In this document: positions 24,233 to 36,900 of the stretch, piece after piece
How the letters are laid out: each line of letters begins with the position of its first letter
Position numbering within the stretch: the stretch's first letter is position 1
Assembly (NCBI GenBank): GCA_001179505.1
Contig: CDMY01000356.1
Coordinates: 186,001-250,000, forward strand
DNA: 64,000 nucleotides
Reading direction: 5' to 3'
Source: Vitrella brassicaformis CCMP3155
Taxonomy: Eukaryota > Protista > Chromerida
Program-made: the position numbers and the translations under genes
The notes under the pieces: model-generated
The model's database searches: none
What the model was told of the DNA's origin: nothing
Seen by the model: the letters and a program-made list of their open reading frames with translations, nothing else

Positions 24233-26634
24233 GACACACACACGTGTGCAGTGCATTCATCGCTTCACTGTCATGCTGTCAGGAGTGTCAAGGCCTGGCG
24301 GATGAGTGACCACCCCATCGTCCAGGGTAAGACCGAACTCATCCACCACACACGGCTGCCCTACTCACATCTCGCTCTCATGTCCGTCTGTCTGTCTGTC
24401 TGTCTGTCTGTCAGGCTACCGTGCCCTCGACCGCTTTGTGCGAGCCAACGAAGAGGCGGGTGCAGTCGCGGCATCGCACGTCCACCAGGCGCTAGAGCAG
24501 CAACGGGAACGGCCAGCGGAGGGAACCATCAGCAGCAGCGAGAGGGCGGATGACGACATGGATGTCGATGGCCCCGCGTCGGTTCCTCTGCGGCGGTTCG
24601 GCGAGTTGCTGCACGATGAGAGCGCTGGCTCATGTGATCTGCTGGAGGCCTACCGGGACCTCAGGATGGATGTCGAGGGCACCGGGTGCTGTCGACACAT
24701 TGATCAGATCTGGCCCAGACAAGGACGCGTGGAGTGTGTGTGTGTGTGTTTGTGGTTGTCAGGGTGGTGCTCAAGGCCATCGTGGGATACATCGAGGCCG
24801 ACAGGGTACGGTGAGGGGATGGCCCTGTCAGAGAGGGACATTGAGGATCGATGCGGGGGACGCATGTCATGTCATGTCATGTCATGTGCTGCCCTCCCTG
24901 TCCGTTGTGTGCATGGCATGGCAGACCCCTCCGCCGGTCTTCTTGCGTCTCGCCTTCCTCATCGAGCGGGCATCAGACACCGTAACCACCACCAGCACCA
25001 CCACCACCACACACGCCCTTGCCCGCCCATATCGGACGTCTGTCTGTCTGTCTGTCTGTCTGTTTGTGTGTCAGTGCCGTGATCTGTTTGAGAGCTGCGT
25101 GCGTGGCAACCCGTCAAACATGGTGGCTTTGGAGCTCTTGTTGGTGCTGCTGCAGGAGGAGGCGCTGCGGCAGGTGCTCACACAGGGACTCATATCACCC
25201 ACAGAACGGACACGACTGGTCGGTAAGGTGGCGCAGACAGACAGACGGACAGACAGACAGGGACAGGATCGACGGGGGCCCTACGGACTGTGTGTGTGTT
25301 GCCTTCGATGGATGCATCTTGGTGCGCTGCCGAGCTGCAGGAGCAGTACACGAGAGAGTACATCCAGCGATCAGGGTAGGGCGGTGGGTTAGGCAGGCAG
25401 GGAGGTACACGAAAAGGACCATTAGGAAAGGAGGCATACCATACAGCAGTGTCTGTCTGTCTGATGTGCAGGGGTGACGACGAGAGTCTCATCCTGGCCT
25501 ATCGCGCGAGGCCTGCTCTCACACCCGAGGCACAGCTCAGGATCGCCGCAGAATTCCTGGCAAGCCGACACACAACCACACCCCGCCACCACGACCTACT
25601 GTCGTTCTAACTGACTCGTGTGTCGCTCCTCCCTCTGTGGTGTGCAGGAGTGTCGGCCTGGGAGTGTCGTCGGTTGGCAGGAGATGAGTCGCTGTCTGTG
25701 GCAGAGCTACACCTACATGCAGCTCGAGGTGGGCGAGGAGGACGACCATGGCGGGGGCGTCGAGACCGTCACACAAAGGCAGACACACCCCAGGGGACCA
25801 GACGGTCAGCCACGCGATACACACACACACACACATGCATACTGCACTGCTGGTGTCGCCATTTCTCGTCTCTGTCTGTCTGTCTGCCTGCCTGTGTGTG
25901 TTGTGTGTGTGCAGGTGCCCTGTCTCTATTCCATGATGTGTTCTGTCCGGGAGGGGAGCAGTCGAGGCTGCGCGAGTGGCAGAGAAGATTCTTCGTCCCA
26001 GAGAGTGAGTGAGACAGACACCTGCTGTCGACCGATCGACGAGCGTCATGGATGAGATGAGCATCTGCGTGTCTCTGTCTCTCCGCCTGCCATGCCATGT
26101 GTGTTGTCGTCGGTCGCAGCGTGCATCTTGGGCAGCCTGGATGTGAGTGTGTATCCCTTTCTGATGTTCCTGGCGCCCCTCTTTGTGCGCGGCCCCCCAC
26201 TGCTGCTCTTCGCCAGCTACCTCTCACACAAGTGAGTGAGACAACCAGTGACGGAGACACAGACACTCATCTGACTTGGTGCAATTGGTCCCTGTCTGTC
26301 TGGCTGTCGGGCTGCCTGGCATGCCAGGCACCCCTCCTGCGGCCCCTTGGTGCATGGTGTGATGGGCCCATTGAAGGCCCTCCCCTTCCCCGTCCTCACC
26401 GCCGCTGACACCGACCAAGGCGATGCTGCTGCCGCCAGCGAAGGCGGGCACCGGTCCTGGGCGCTGTTTGCGACGCTGTACGTCCACCTACGGGAGAGTG
26501 AGAGCCACACGGGTGTGTGGGAGTGCATGCCTGACAATGACGACGAGGGCGTGACGGCGGCCAGCGTGTTCAAGCAGGACGAGTGCACGCGGCTGTTTGC
26601 GGCGGTGGACGAGGCCTTGCTGGTGGGGCAGTGA
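23689..26634 (+). CDS. Hypothetical alpha-helical (TPR-like) protein, about 10 exons; possible TAF1A/Rrn11-like Pol I factor
   Basis: Exons join in frame across GT-AG and one GC-AG intron. The sequence is helical and amphipathic (PPEVVRLCEEAI; LIDFWLKKGQHEEIK; NPSNMVALELL; AEFLECRPGSVVGWQEMSRCL). The family call is tentative. Confidence 0.55.
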
Positions 26635-27707
26635 CGTCAGGGGGTGGGTGGGTGGCTATGTGTGTATTGTATTTGCAGCCTTGTCCGTCCATGTGTGTGC
26701 GTTGATAGTGAGTGCCTGAGTGCTGCCTGCCGAGTCTCTGTGTCGACTGACTGAGGGGACCTATAGATTCGTTCGGTGTGCATTCAAGTCGAGTTCGCGC
26801 TGCAGATGCGCTGTAAAGGCGTGTTCTCCCAGACAGACAAACAAGAGAGACACACACATGTGACATTCAACGGCACATGTACTCATGTATGTCTCATCCG
26901 TCCGCGAGACTAAGTCCGAGCGGATGCATGTCTCGATGAGTGATCTATGTAATACATGCTGTGTGTGTGTGTGTGTGTGTGGAGGGAGAGACAGACCGCC
27001 GACACACTCGATGAACGTGTGTGTGGGGAGCATGTAGAGTAAAGGAACGTGTGTGCGTGTCGACTGTGAAAGCTACACACGTCATTGTGACGAGAATGTG
27101 AAGAGATTGTCACCCAGTGGTGAGGACTGACGTACATTTGTGTGTGTTTCCTTCGTTTACTTGATCATCGTCCATCAGATCGGTCCGATATAGACAAGAA
27201 ATGTATGTATGTATGTATAGACGCACAGACAGCCAGACCGACACGACCGACACGACCGACACGACCGACACATATCAGTCCGCTCCTCCCTCCCTCCCTC
27301 CCGCATCAGTCCACCCCTGGCCCTCTGTCATGCATACATCCAACCAGCCGGCCCCGCCCCGCCTCACCTCATCCGCACAAGCCATGGAAGTCTCTTAAAA
27401 CACACACAACACCCCACACCACATCCAGCGGGCAAACGGACGGCAAACATGCACAGCCAGACAGACAGACAGCCACAGCCAGGCGATGCCCCCCACCACC
27501 GGACTAACCGAACCTCGTATGGATGGTATCTCTCCGCCTGCAGACAGGACAGATAGCCACACACACACACACACACAGATACAAACAGGCAGAGACCCCA
27601 TGCACCCACACACCCAGCAGATGGGTGTGCGGCCGTGTGTGTCCATCACGCATCGAACCACATACCTGCTAGCCCTAGTGGCCGTGCGGACACCGTCGTG
27701 ACAGTGC

Positions 27708-27969
27708 TCAGTGACCGCACGCCGCCCCCGCCTTGCAGACACCTTCGCAACAGTGCTGTCCTGCCGGACAGTCGGTGTCCTTGACGCACCCCGTAGTGAT
27801 GAAAGAGGGGTGGTGGTGGCCGTGGCAGACACCGTCGTGACAGTGCTGTCCTGGCGGACAGGGGGGGTCGCACGGCTGGGCCGCGCTGATGAGGTGCATC
27901 TGTCGGTGGGCGCTGCGGATGGCGTCGAGGGCGGTGATCTGGGCCGCCTCGCCCATCTTGTTGGCCTGC
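27708..27969 (-). CDS. Small Cys/His-rich ORF with two CxxxC-P-x-GQHCxxGVC modules; 5' end uncertain
   Basis: ANKMGEAAQITALDAIRSAHRQMHLISAAQPCDPPCPPGQHCHDGVCHGHHHPSFITTGCVKDTDCPAGQHCCEGVCKAGAACGH*, preceded by a TG-rich acceptor (gtggcggcag). An internal DNA repeat is visible. Confidence 0.45.
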
Positions 27970-28147
27970 CGCCACAAATCACACCCACACCCACACCTGG
28001 CATGAGCAAGTCAGGCAGACAGCCAATCCACTCATATTATATATATGCTCCCATCCCCCCTTAGCTATCAATGTGTGTGTGGATGGATGGATGATCTCTC
28101 TCTTTCTCTCTCCCTCGGCAGGTGCCCTGCCCCCCCCCCCCCCCCTC

Positions 28148-28447
28148 NNNNNNNNNNNNNNNNNNNNNNNNNNNNNNNNNNNNNNNNNNNNNNNNNNNNN
28201 NNNNNNNNNNNNNNNNNNNNNNNNNNNNNNNNNNNNNNNNNNNNNNNNNNNNNNNNNNNNNNNNNNNNNNNNNNNNNNNNNNNNNNNNNNNNNNNNNNNN
28301 NNNNNNNNNNNNNNNNNNNNNNNNNNNNNNNNNNNNNNNNNNNNNNNNNNNNNNNNNNNNNNNNNNNNNNNNNNNNNNNNNNNNNNNNNNNNNNNNNNNN
28401 NNNNNNNNNNNNNNNNNNNNNNNNNNNNNNNNNNNNNNNNNNNNNNN
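28148..28447. other. Scaffold gap (300 N), probably artefactual
   Basis: Exactly 300 N. Both flanks carry the identical 24-mer gccctg-C16-tc. Confidence 0.95.
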
Positions 28448-28493
28448 GCCCTGCCCCCCCCCCCCCCCCTCTTTTCTACCAGTCTGTCAGCTA

Positions 28494-29800
28494 TCAGTGT
28501 GAGGCGAAATATAAAATGTAGGCGGCGATATTCAAACTGAAGGAGACAAACAGAGACACCGGGAGCAGGCAGATCTGTGTGTATGTGCTATCTGTGAGTC
28601 GACGAAGGAATTCTCTGTGAGACGCATACTGTGCGAGCAGGGCGAGCAGGCTTAGCCCACGCACAGCGATGGCCACTTCCCTACGGACCTCCTCGACGTC
28701 CTCGGCCGACAGTGGGGCGGGATGGCGGGCGCTGATGGTCTTGAAGCTGCTGCCGGCTGTGACACATCGGCGAAGACGTGGTGGGACTCCTGTTTTCCGC
28801 TGTCGTCCCTCTCCCTGTGAGCATCGTTGTTGTCGATCTGAAGGAAGTCGACGCCCTCCAAGAACTTCCTGCCGCTCTCGATAAGGACACGCATGCGTCT
28901 CACCAGCTCGTGGCTGCGCGAATGGTCAATGCAGGCGTACGAGCCGACGATGCGTTTTGTCCTCTCACCGATTCAAATGAGCCAGACGGGTCGATTCAGC
29001 ACCAGCACCCAAGACCATCATCTGAACGAGCTGTTGGATATGCAGGCAGACAAGTGACGTTTCATGGCTCTCTCTTGCTCTGGTTACCTGTGACGGCTGG
29101 CAGACCTGCACAGGCACACGTGACCTGAGCGAGCGAATCGAGCGAGGAAACCACAACACAGAGGCAAGAAAGAAGCTATGTGTCATCGCGTCTCGTCCCT
29201 CGCATCTCACCGCAGGGCAAGACGGCGATGCACTTGTATCCCGTCTCGTTTGTCTTATCTATCTATCCGCTCGTTGGTTGCTCCAACGAATCGTCCTCAC
29301 ATACGACGATCGATCACACAGCTGAACAACATCCACCCCATCGACACTTAAAAGACACTTGCACGGGGTATACAGATGGCCCGACCGACATCCCTTCGTT
29401 TTAATGCCGACGGGCGTCCTGGGAGTCTCGGGCGTCCCGCCTCCAGGCGCTGCGGCGCCATGGGCGTGGCCGATGGGCCTGGGTGTTGAGGGCAGTTGGC
29501 CTGCTGCCGCTGCCGCTGCCGCTGAGGCAGCTGCTGGTGCTGCTGACAGGCGCCTGCACACATGTCACCGGACACACACACACACACGGGCACACGGACA
29601 CACGGTACCAACAGACGAGCACAAGACATGTAAGAAAGAGGAGGACAGCGCATTCCAGTCACAATGCATCGCTACACAAATGGCCCTCTTTGGTGCGCCA
29701 TGCCCAACTCACCTTCTTCTTGATGGGATGCTCCACTGGTGGGCACCTCGGTCTGCCGCCGGGCGCTGAGGACTCACCCAAACCCAAAGCGACGTCGGAA
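28494..29800 (-). CDS. Probable multi-exon hypothetical gene (Ala-rich, S/T-P-rich, hydrophobic C-terminus); model unresolved
   Basis: Exon-like segments are bounded by cag/gtgag (29712-29752, 29390-29555, 28630-28760) and read RLSAAPAAASAAAAAAAGQLPSTPRP...TPETPRTPVG and SAEDVEEVRREVAIAVRGLSLLALLA. The phases could not be joined unambiguously. Confidence 0.3.
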
Positions 29801-30337
29801 TTGAGGAATTTTGGCTGAAAAAACACATATCTTTAAAAGAAAAAGGCTGTTAAGGCCCCCGTCTCGCGCGCCGTCTCCGAATCTCGACAGCTGAGCTCGA
29901 AATTTGGACGGATGGATTCTTGTACTCATACGCGTGGGCTCTTGAGCCGGCTGCATACCACAACACGACGTGCACAAAGATAACAGAAGCTTGAAATGCA
30001 TGCATTGCAGCGGTCATTTTCTCTTGCACTCAGTGCGAAAGCTCAAGCAGCTCAGCTCTCTATCTGTCTCAGAGGTGGTCTGGCCTACATGTACCTCAGC
30101 ACGTGGCTTGAACTTGTTTCTGAGCTCCCCCCTGGATGAACAGGCGCCCCCCTTACTTACTTTTGTCGCATTCTTTTGCGATTTCTTGACCATGGTCCGG
30201 TGTGTGAGTCGCTCAATGGGGTTGCTCAATGGGGTTGTTCGCAACCCACTTTTGCGAGCTTGGGTTCTCTTCCGGGGTGGGGTGTGTCTCTCAAATGCGG
30301 GTGTGCTGTGGTTATCAGCGCAACCTGACCTCCCCAG

Positions 30338-32173
30338 ATGGATCTGGCAGTAGCAGATCCCGAGACCGTCCCTCCCAAGCAGCAGCAGCCGCCGCCGCCG
30401 CCGCCGCGTTCCATAGTAGCAGGCCCGGGATCGTATTCGCTCAAGGCCTGGCAGGCTGAGTTTCCGTGGCTGGGTGCTGCCACAAGTGAGGAGGACGGGC
30501 AGCTGGTGCTCTTCTGCTCCTGGTGCAGGGCGGCCCATCCCCAGTACCTGAGGAACATCAAGAGTGCCAAGCCGTGGACCAGAGGCGTCACGGGCAAGGG
30601 CAGCATCCACCACGCCAAGATGACCCGCCACGACGTGTCGGCCACGCATTTCAACAGTGCCGTCGAGCAGTTTGGACCTCAGCTGACCGGCCTGCCCAAG
30701 GAGTATGCCGCGCGCATCATGCAGCACAACCGGGATCGGGAGCAGCACAAGGCCGAGCGCAGAGAGAAGAGGCGGCGGGAGAGCAGCCCTGTGGGACCGG
30801 TGGGTGGCGACAGCGCAGCGCCAGAGGAGATGACGCGGGCGGCTCGCGATCGTGCCCGGGCGGCCTTGGCGCGGGAGCAGGGGATCAACCGTGAGGTCAA
30901 GCCGGAGCTCAAACCGCCCGTCCCTGCCAGGTGGCCCGACGGTTCGGCTGCCGCGTCGGCTCCTCGTTCATTGGCTCCTGGTGTTGCGGCCGGCCGGCCG
31001 GTGTCGCCGCATTCGATGAGCGGCGCTGCCATGCCCATGATGCCGGGTGATGACGTGGATAGGGATGGGGGTGGCAGTAGTGAGCAGGAGACCGGCAGTA
31101 GCAGCAAGTGCGACATCTGTGGAGAGGAGGTGGGTGGGAATGAACAAACTGCAGAGAAGATCACAGCACGCCCGGACAGGTCTTGTGTGTGTGGATGTGA
31201 GAATCCTTTCGTTTAGGTGGGTGTGGGGGAGCTGGGTCGCCACAACGCCCAGAGCAAGGACCTTCACCTGTCGATACTCAAGGCCAGCAACGCATTCCTG
31301 CAGCAAAGGCTCACAGAGATGGCACAGATCGCCGCAAGCCAGAGGTGGGTGGCTGGGTGGGGGGACGGGTGGAGGAAGGAAGACACTAACTAGCACCACA
31401 CCTGCTCCGCATCACGACGTTGGTGTGCCTCGATTGTGTCTCTGTGTATGCCGCAGCTCGCGAGCAAGCCGCACGTGGCGGTTCAAGATACCCGAGATCG
31501 AGAAGGTGACTCACTTAGTCATACGGACGGGTGGTCCGCTCCACCTCCGTATGACCCCACCCCCATGTCCGTCTGTCTGTCTATCGCCTGGGCTGACCTT
31601 CAGGTGATAGAGATGGCGCCGGAGCGTGCGCCCATTCGCTTCCCCTTCATTGCTGGCGGCGTAGAGGGCCTGGCCGTGTCGTTCGTACCGAGGCGCGACA
31701 GCGAATACTGTGGCCTCTTCCTCTGGGGACCGTCAGGTCTGTCTGTCAGGCATGGAGAGAGAGCCACAACGAGTCCACTCATCTCATCTCATCTGATCTC
31801 ATCTGTCTGATGTATCTATCAACCCTCTCTCTCTCCTGTCCTGTATGCAGACAAGCACCTCTCCCTCCGCGGCAGTCTCTACCTCGGCTCCACCACAGGT
31901 CACCCCACGAACCCCGCCAGCAACACCACCGACGGCAACAGCAGCAGCAACCACACCACCCCGCTATGCATCATCCTGGACAAGGACTTCTGCCCCGAGA
32001 GGACGTCTTGGGGTCAATCACATGTGTGCCACCACGACGAGATCCCCCTCTACACCGATGCGGATGGCAGCCTGGCAGTGTCGGTGGAGATAGAAAGCCT
32101 GGTGGTCATGCGGCAGGCTGATTTGGGGCAGGGGCGCAGCGTCATGGTTGGGGAGGAGGTGTACACACATTAA
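30338..32173 (+). CDS. TTF-type zinc finger + TRAF-like Zn/coiled-coil + MATH(TRAF-C)-like domain protein
   Basis: Exon 1 has WQAEFPWL...LFCSWCR...KMTRHDVSATH (ZnF_TTF pattern). Next comes KCDICGEE|VGVGELGRHNAQSKDLHLSIL plus a helix. The MATH-like part is TWRFKIPEIEK..FIAGGVEGLAVSFVPRRDSEYCGLFL...TSWGQSHV...DGSLAVSVEIE. Stop is TAA at 32171-32173. Confidence 0.7.
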
Positions 32174-33918
32174 AGTAAGTAGGCATCGATTGGTGGGTTC
32201 AATACTTTCCCACACTGCAGGTGGGTGACCTGCCAAACACGCTATGGACAACACGCCAAGCTTGGCCTGCCATGGTGGGAGATGCATCTTTGTGTGTATG
32301 TGTGCACAGTTCTTAGAGGAGCGGCTGGAGTTGGCGCGTCGCGTGGGTGTGGGTGTGTCGATATGGGAGCTGGGGGAGGAGGTCCACCTGTGACACACTG
32401 GCTGTGGTGGACGGGACGGAGGGGAGGGGTGTGGTCGGCAGGTCAGTCAGGTGGGATAATGTGTGTGTGTGTGTGCATTGCATAATGCTGTTTGTGTGAC
32501 CGTGCTTGGCCGACGTGGATATGTTGTGTGTTGGTTTCTGCTGGGTGTTCCTTCACGCGCGGTGGGCGAGTGTGGCCAATGTGACGAGCATCACTTTGGC
32601 TACACTCGCAGGCCGTGTGATAGGATCAACGGCAGAAACGAGGCAAGCGTGTCGACATCTTTTGCTATGTATGTATGTGTGTATCCGCCCATCCCATATA
32701 TCTGATACATACCGACTCACTCACTCGGTGCTTAGTTAGTAGTCATATCGGCTCCTGTCTGCTTAGCTCGCTGCTTAGCTAAATGCGCCTCACTCAGCTG
32801 CTCGGTTGGTTGGTTCTCTGTGGTTTGAGTGTCACTGTGAGATGGATGGCATGGAAGTCCGCTGCTCGATTGGCAATGAATGTCTCTACGGCGGGTGCAT
32901 TCATTACTCACTGAGAGCAAGCTTTTCCACTCAATTCATTCTTGTCCCTTTCCCGCCCGGCCCGCACGCACACATGACCGACCAAGCAGCCAGCCAGCCA
33001 GTCATCAGAGACCGCCCTTTGGCGCACCCCCTCAATCAAGTGTCCATTATTATGGCATTCCGTCCGTGCGTTGCACAGTATAATAGACTCATATGTTAAC
33101 ATACACGTGTGTGTGTGTGTGTGTGTGGCCACTCTCTAAAGCAAATCGGGCAGGCACCTCACCTGTCTGTACCTTGAAAGGATACCAGCTGCTCTCTCTC
33201 TCTCTCTCTCTCTCTCAGCTTTACTCACCTACTCATGCGCAGACAAGAGTGAATATATACGATTGTACAGCTTATGCACCAGACAGACAGACAGACAGAC
33301 GGACAGACAGTCGGACACCAGGCAAGCACAGCAGACAGACAGCCAGACCGACAAGGCAAACAAAAGGCACACAAATGCAGTCAATGCAGACAGACACCGT
33401 GGGTGGGTGACTCGTGTGTCCATCCATCCAATCCAGTCAACTGACGCCAAAAATGGCCCCCAACCATCCTCCCCCCTCCCCTCCCCCGGTGTGGTGTGCA
33501 CAAGGGGTGGGTAGATACCGAAAAAACACTAGCGCTACACCCACCCGCAGGCGGCACTGAGTGAGCCGCCCGGCGGTTCGGTTCGACTACTGACTGACTG
33601 TATTGGTGACTCGCAGCCAGCGACCTTGATTCGTAGGTAGATACAGAATATACACACGTGTGCGTCTGCTTCCTCCCTCCCGAGCAAAGAAAGAAATGGG
33701 CCAGACAGACGCAAGCAACTGACTGACACACGCACACACGTACAGACATGGGTATACACACATACATACGTAAGGTAAGACACAGACGAGGGGATCTGAA
33801 CAATCACACACAAGACAGACAGGAAGCTGTGTCCATCCATCCATGTGTGTGTGTGTGTGGACGCGACGCCTACAGCCCGCTCCACTCACCCACCTTGTAA
33901 GTGTGGTGTCAGTCAAGT

Positions 33919-36900
33919 CTACGCACCGGCCCCCCTCTTCTCGGGATCCGCCGCGTCGCCCCCGTCCGCATCTCCCTCCTCTGTGATGGTCGTGATGCCC
34001 CCACGGAAGGGCGACTCGTCCCCCTCACCCCCCTCGCCCATCTCACGGGCCTGCGTGGGCCGCCGCACCCGATGGGAACCGCCCTTGAGCGGCCGCGCAA
34101 TGTTTGCTCTCCGCGCGCTGCCTGGGGCGATTGCCCCGCCGCCCGCCGAGCTGCCCGCCCCTGCAGCAGCGGCCCCTCCTGCGCCCATGCCGGCCATGCC
34201 GGCGATGGTGCCGGTGCGGTACATGTGTTCGACGGTGTTGGTGAGGTTGGCGCACTGCTGCAGGAGTTTCTCGTACTTGGCCTTTGCCTCCTTGAGGTTT
34301 CTCTCGAGCTGGGCGATGCGCTGCTCCTTGCGCTGGATCTTCTTGTCGTTGACCTGGCACTCCACCTTGAGCCCGCTGTTCTGGCTGACCAGCTTGTGGT
34401 ACATGATGGTCAGCTGCTCCAGATTCCGGTCCAGCTGCGAGACCTTGCGACGGAGAGGCCGCTCGCCGTCCTTGAGCATCTCCTTCAAATCCTCGGCCTT
34501 CTTGCGCTCCTCCAGCAGCATGACCTTCAAGTCGGCCACCTGCTCCTGCTCACGCTGCATGTCGGCCAGCATCGCCTCACGCTCCTTGGCCCACGCACCG
34601 TCACCCTTGCCGTAAACGCCCTTGCGCAGGTCGTCGTTCTGCTTCTTGAGCTGCTCCATCTGCGCCAGGGCGGACAGCTTGAACTTCTGCAGCTCGTGCA
34701 TCTGCTTCGACAGCTCCCCACCGGCAGCAGCAGCGTCCGTGCTGCCCGCTAGCTCCTCGCTCGCAGACGCCCCCTCCTGGCCCAGCAGCTGCTCGCGGAT
34801 CTTGGCGATCTCTGAGCTGCCGGCCGCGGCCACCTTGGGCATGTCGGCCACACGGTCCTCCGGGATGGTGGGGACCGCCCCCGCCTTGGCCATGCTGTCG
34901 ATCTCCTTGTCCTTTTCGCTGATCTGGGCCAACAGGTTCTTCTGGCTGTCTTGCAGCACCTTGAGCTCGCTCTCGACGGCCTTGCGGGAGGCCTCGAGCT
35001 GCTGGATGGTGTCGAGCTGCTCCTGTCGCTCGTACTGGAGCTGCTCGCAGGTGACGGAGAGGTCGGCGATGCGGTTGACGAGTATCTGGTTCTCAGCCTC
35101 GACAGTCTTCTGCTGCTCGTTGACGCTCTGTACGTGTCTGTTGAGCTCAGTGATGGCCTCGCTCTGCTCCTTGAGCTCGGCCTTCTTCTGGTACAGCTCC
35201 TCCATGAGCTGCAGGAACTCGCTCTCCTCGTCGGCCTCCTCCTCTGGCTTGGGCGGCTTGCTGAAGGTCTTCTCGCTCTTGCTGTGGTGCATGCCCGATG
35301 CTGCCGCGGCGGCCTCCGCGGCAGGGGCCTTGGAGATGCCGCCCGGGACAGTGATGCCGTTGGTGCGGAGGGTCTCCTCGAGCAGACGGATGCGGCCCTT
35401 CTGCTCCTCGATTGTCCGCTCAGCCTTCTCCAGCAACATCTTCAGCTCCTCCACAGAACTGACGTCACGTCGTCCACACACAACACACACAAGGGGAAGT
35501 CCTAACTGTTGTATGTGTCCCTCCCTGTGCCTTTGTTATGTCTTCCTTCTCGCCCACTCACTCACTCACTCACTCACTCACCGTTCCTGGTTGACCTTGG
35601 CGACGTTCTTGATCTGCTTGGCGCGCCATCCGAAGCGCAGCGTGCTGAGGGTCTCGGCCTCGTTGTAGCTGGAGGGCGAGGCCGTGATGATCAGACAGGT
35701 CTTGCTGTTGCCGCCCAATGACTCCTGCAATATTCGGGTCAGCTTGCTGTCGCGGTACGGCACGTGGGACGTCTTGGGGTCCGTGAGGGCGTTGATCACA
35801 TTCCCCAAGGCCGACAGCGACTTGTTGATCATCTTGGCCTCGTCGAGGGTGCTGCCCGCCGCCCCGGTCTTGGCGACCTTCTCGCTGCCCGCCAGATCGA
35901 CCAGGTAGAGCTTGCCGACCTTGACGGAGAGGTCGTGAAGGTTTCGCTGGCTGATGGAGAGGATGAAGACCAAGTGGCTGCGGGATGAGTGGGCGTTCAT
36001 GTTGGTGGCTGCGACGGATCTGTTCTCCTGTCCGATGCGCATGATGTCGAAGACGTCCTGCTCGCACGTGACGTACTCCTCGGTGATGTCGCCCACGTAG
36101 ATGCCGTGCACCTTGTCCTCGTGCACCTTCAGGTTGTCCTTACTGGGGTCCAGCAAATCACGGATCTACACACACACACACACACACACACGCGTGCACA
36201 CACATCCTTGTGGTGTGTCGGTCGGGGAGTTGGTCCGCACGGGACGGGCAATGTGATGTATGCGATGTGCGGTGTGCACTTTGTTAATATAGGTCAGTAG
36301 TGACTGACCTTCTCCATGTAGATTTCGAGAATGGCGACCTTGACAGTGAACTCGATGTGTTCATCAGCAGCGTCGACGCCCTCGAAGATCGTGTTGACCA
36401 TACGCGGGATGATGCCGCGCTGCTCCTGGTCCTCTATCACACCCTGAACAACACAACACACAACACAACACAACACACCCGTGTGGTATGTGTGGTCTGT
36501 CTGAGTGGGCGCGGCGTGGCGTGGAGTCTCAGCTTCTCTCTCTCCTTGCCTGTGGTGGGTAAGGTATCTACCTGCATGGTGTGTGTTTTGCCTGAGGATG
36601 TCTGTCCGTAGGCCAGGACGGTGCCGTTGAATCCCCTCAGTACCGACTCGATGATGGGCCTCGCGGCGAAGTCATACACCTGCCGCTGAGTGCAGTTCCA
36701 GTCAAAAGTCCTGTCAAAGACAAAGGTGCGGTCGTCCCCGGCAGACTTCTTGCCACCTACACACACACCACACACAGAGCCAACCACTCCTTCCAGCCTC
36801 TGCGAGGGAGTGCCTGTGTGTGCATGGCTTCGGTTCCGACTGGCTGACCATCGAGAAGTTGTATAGTTTTTTCCTCTGGCACCTTGACACAAATGATGCC

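Noticed and set aside
27234-27272. Tandem 9-mer (accgacacg)x3-4
   Set aside because: It is a short intergenic minisatellite without spacers and has no functional evidence.
28965-29210. MMVLGAGAESTRL as a possible methyltransferase (LCMT-like) motif I
   Set aside because: It is an isolated short match that cannot be joined in frame to other methyltransferase motifs.
32174-33918. 1.7-kb gene-free convergent interval as a possible ncRNA locus
   Set aside because: It contains only microsatellites and low-complexity sequence, with no recognisable RNA-gene motif.
34622-35668. 348-aa plus-strand ORF
   Set aside because: It is the antisense shadow of the kinesin-1 coiled-coil exon (Ser/Cys-rich, no start context).
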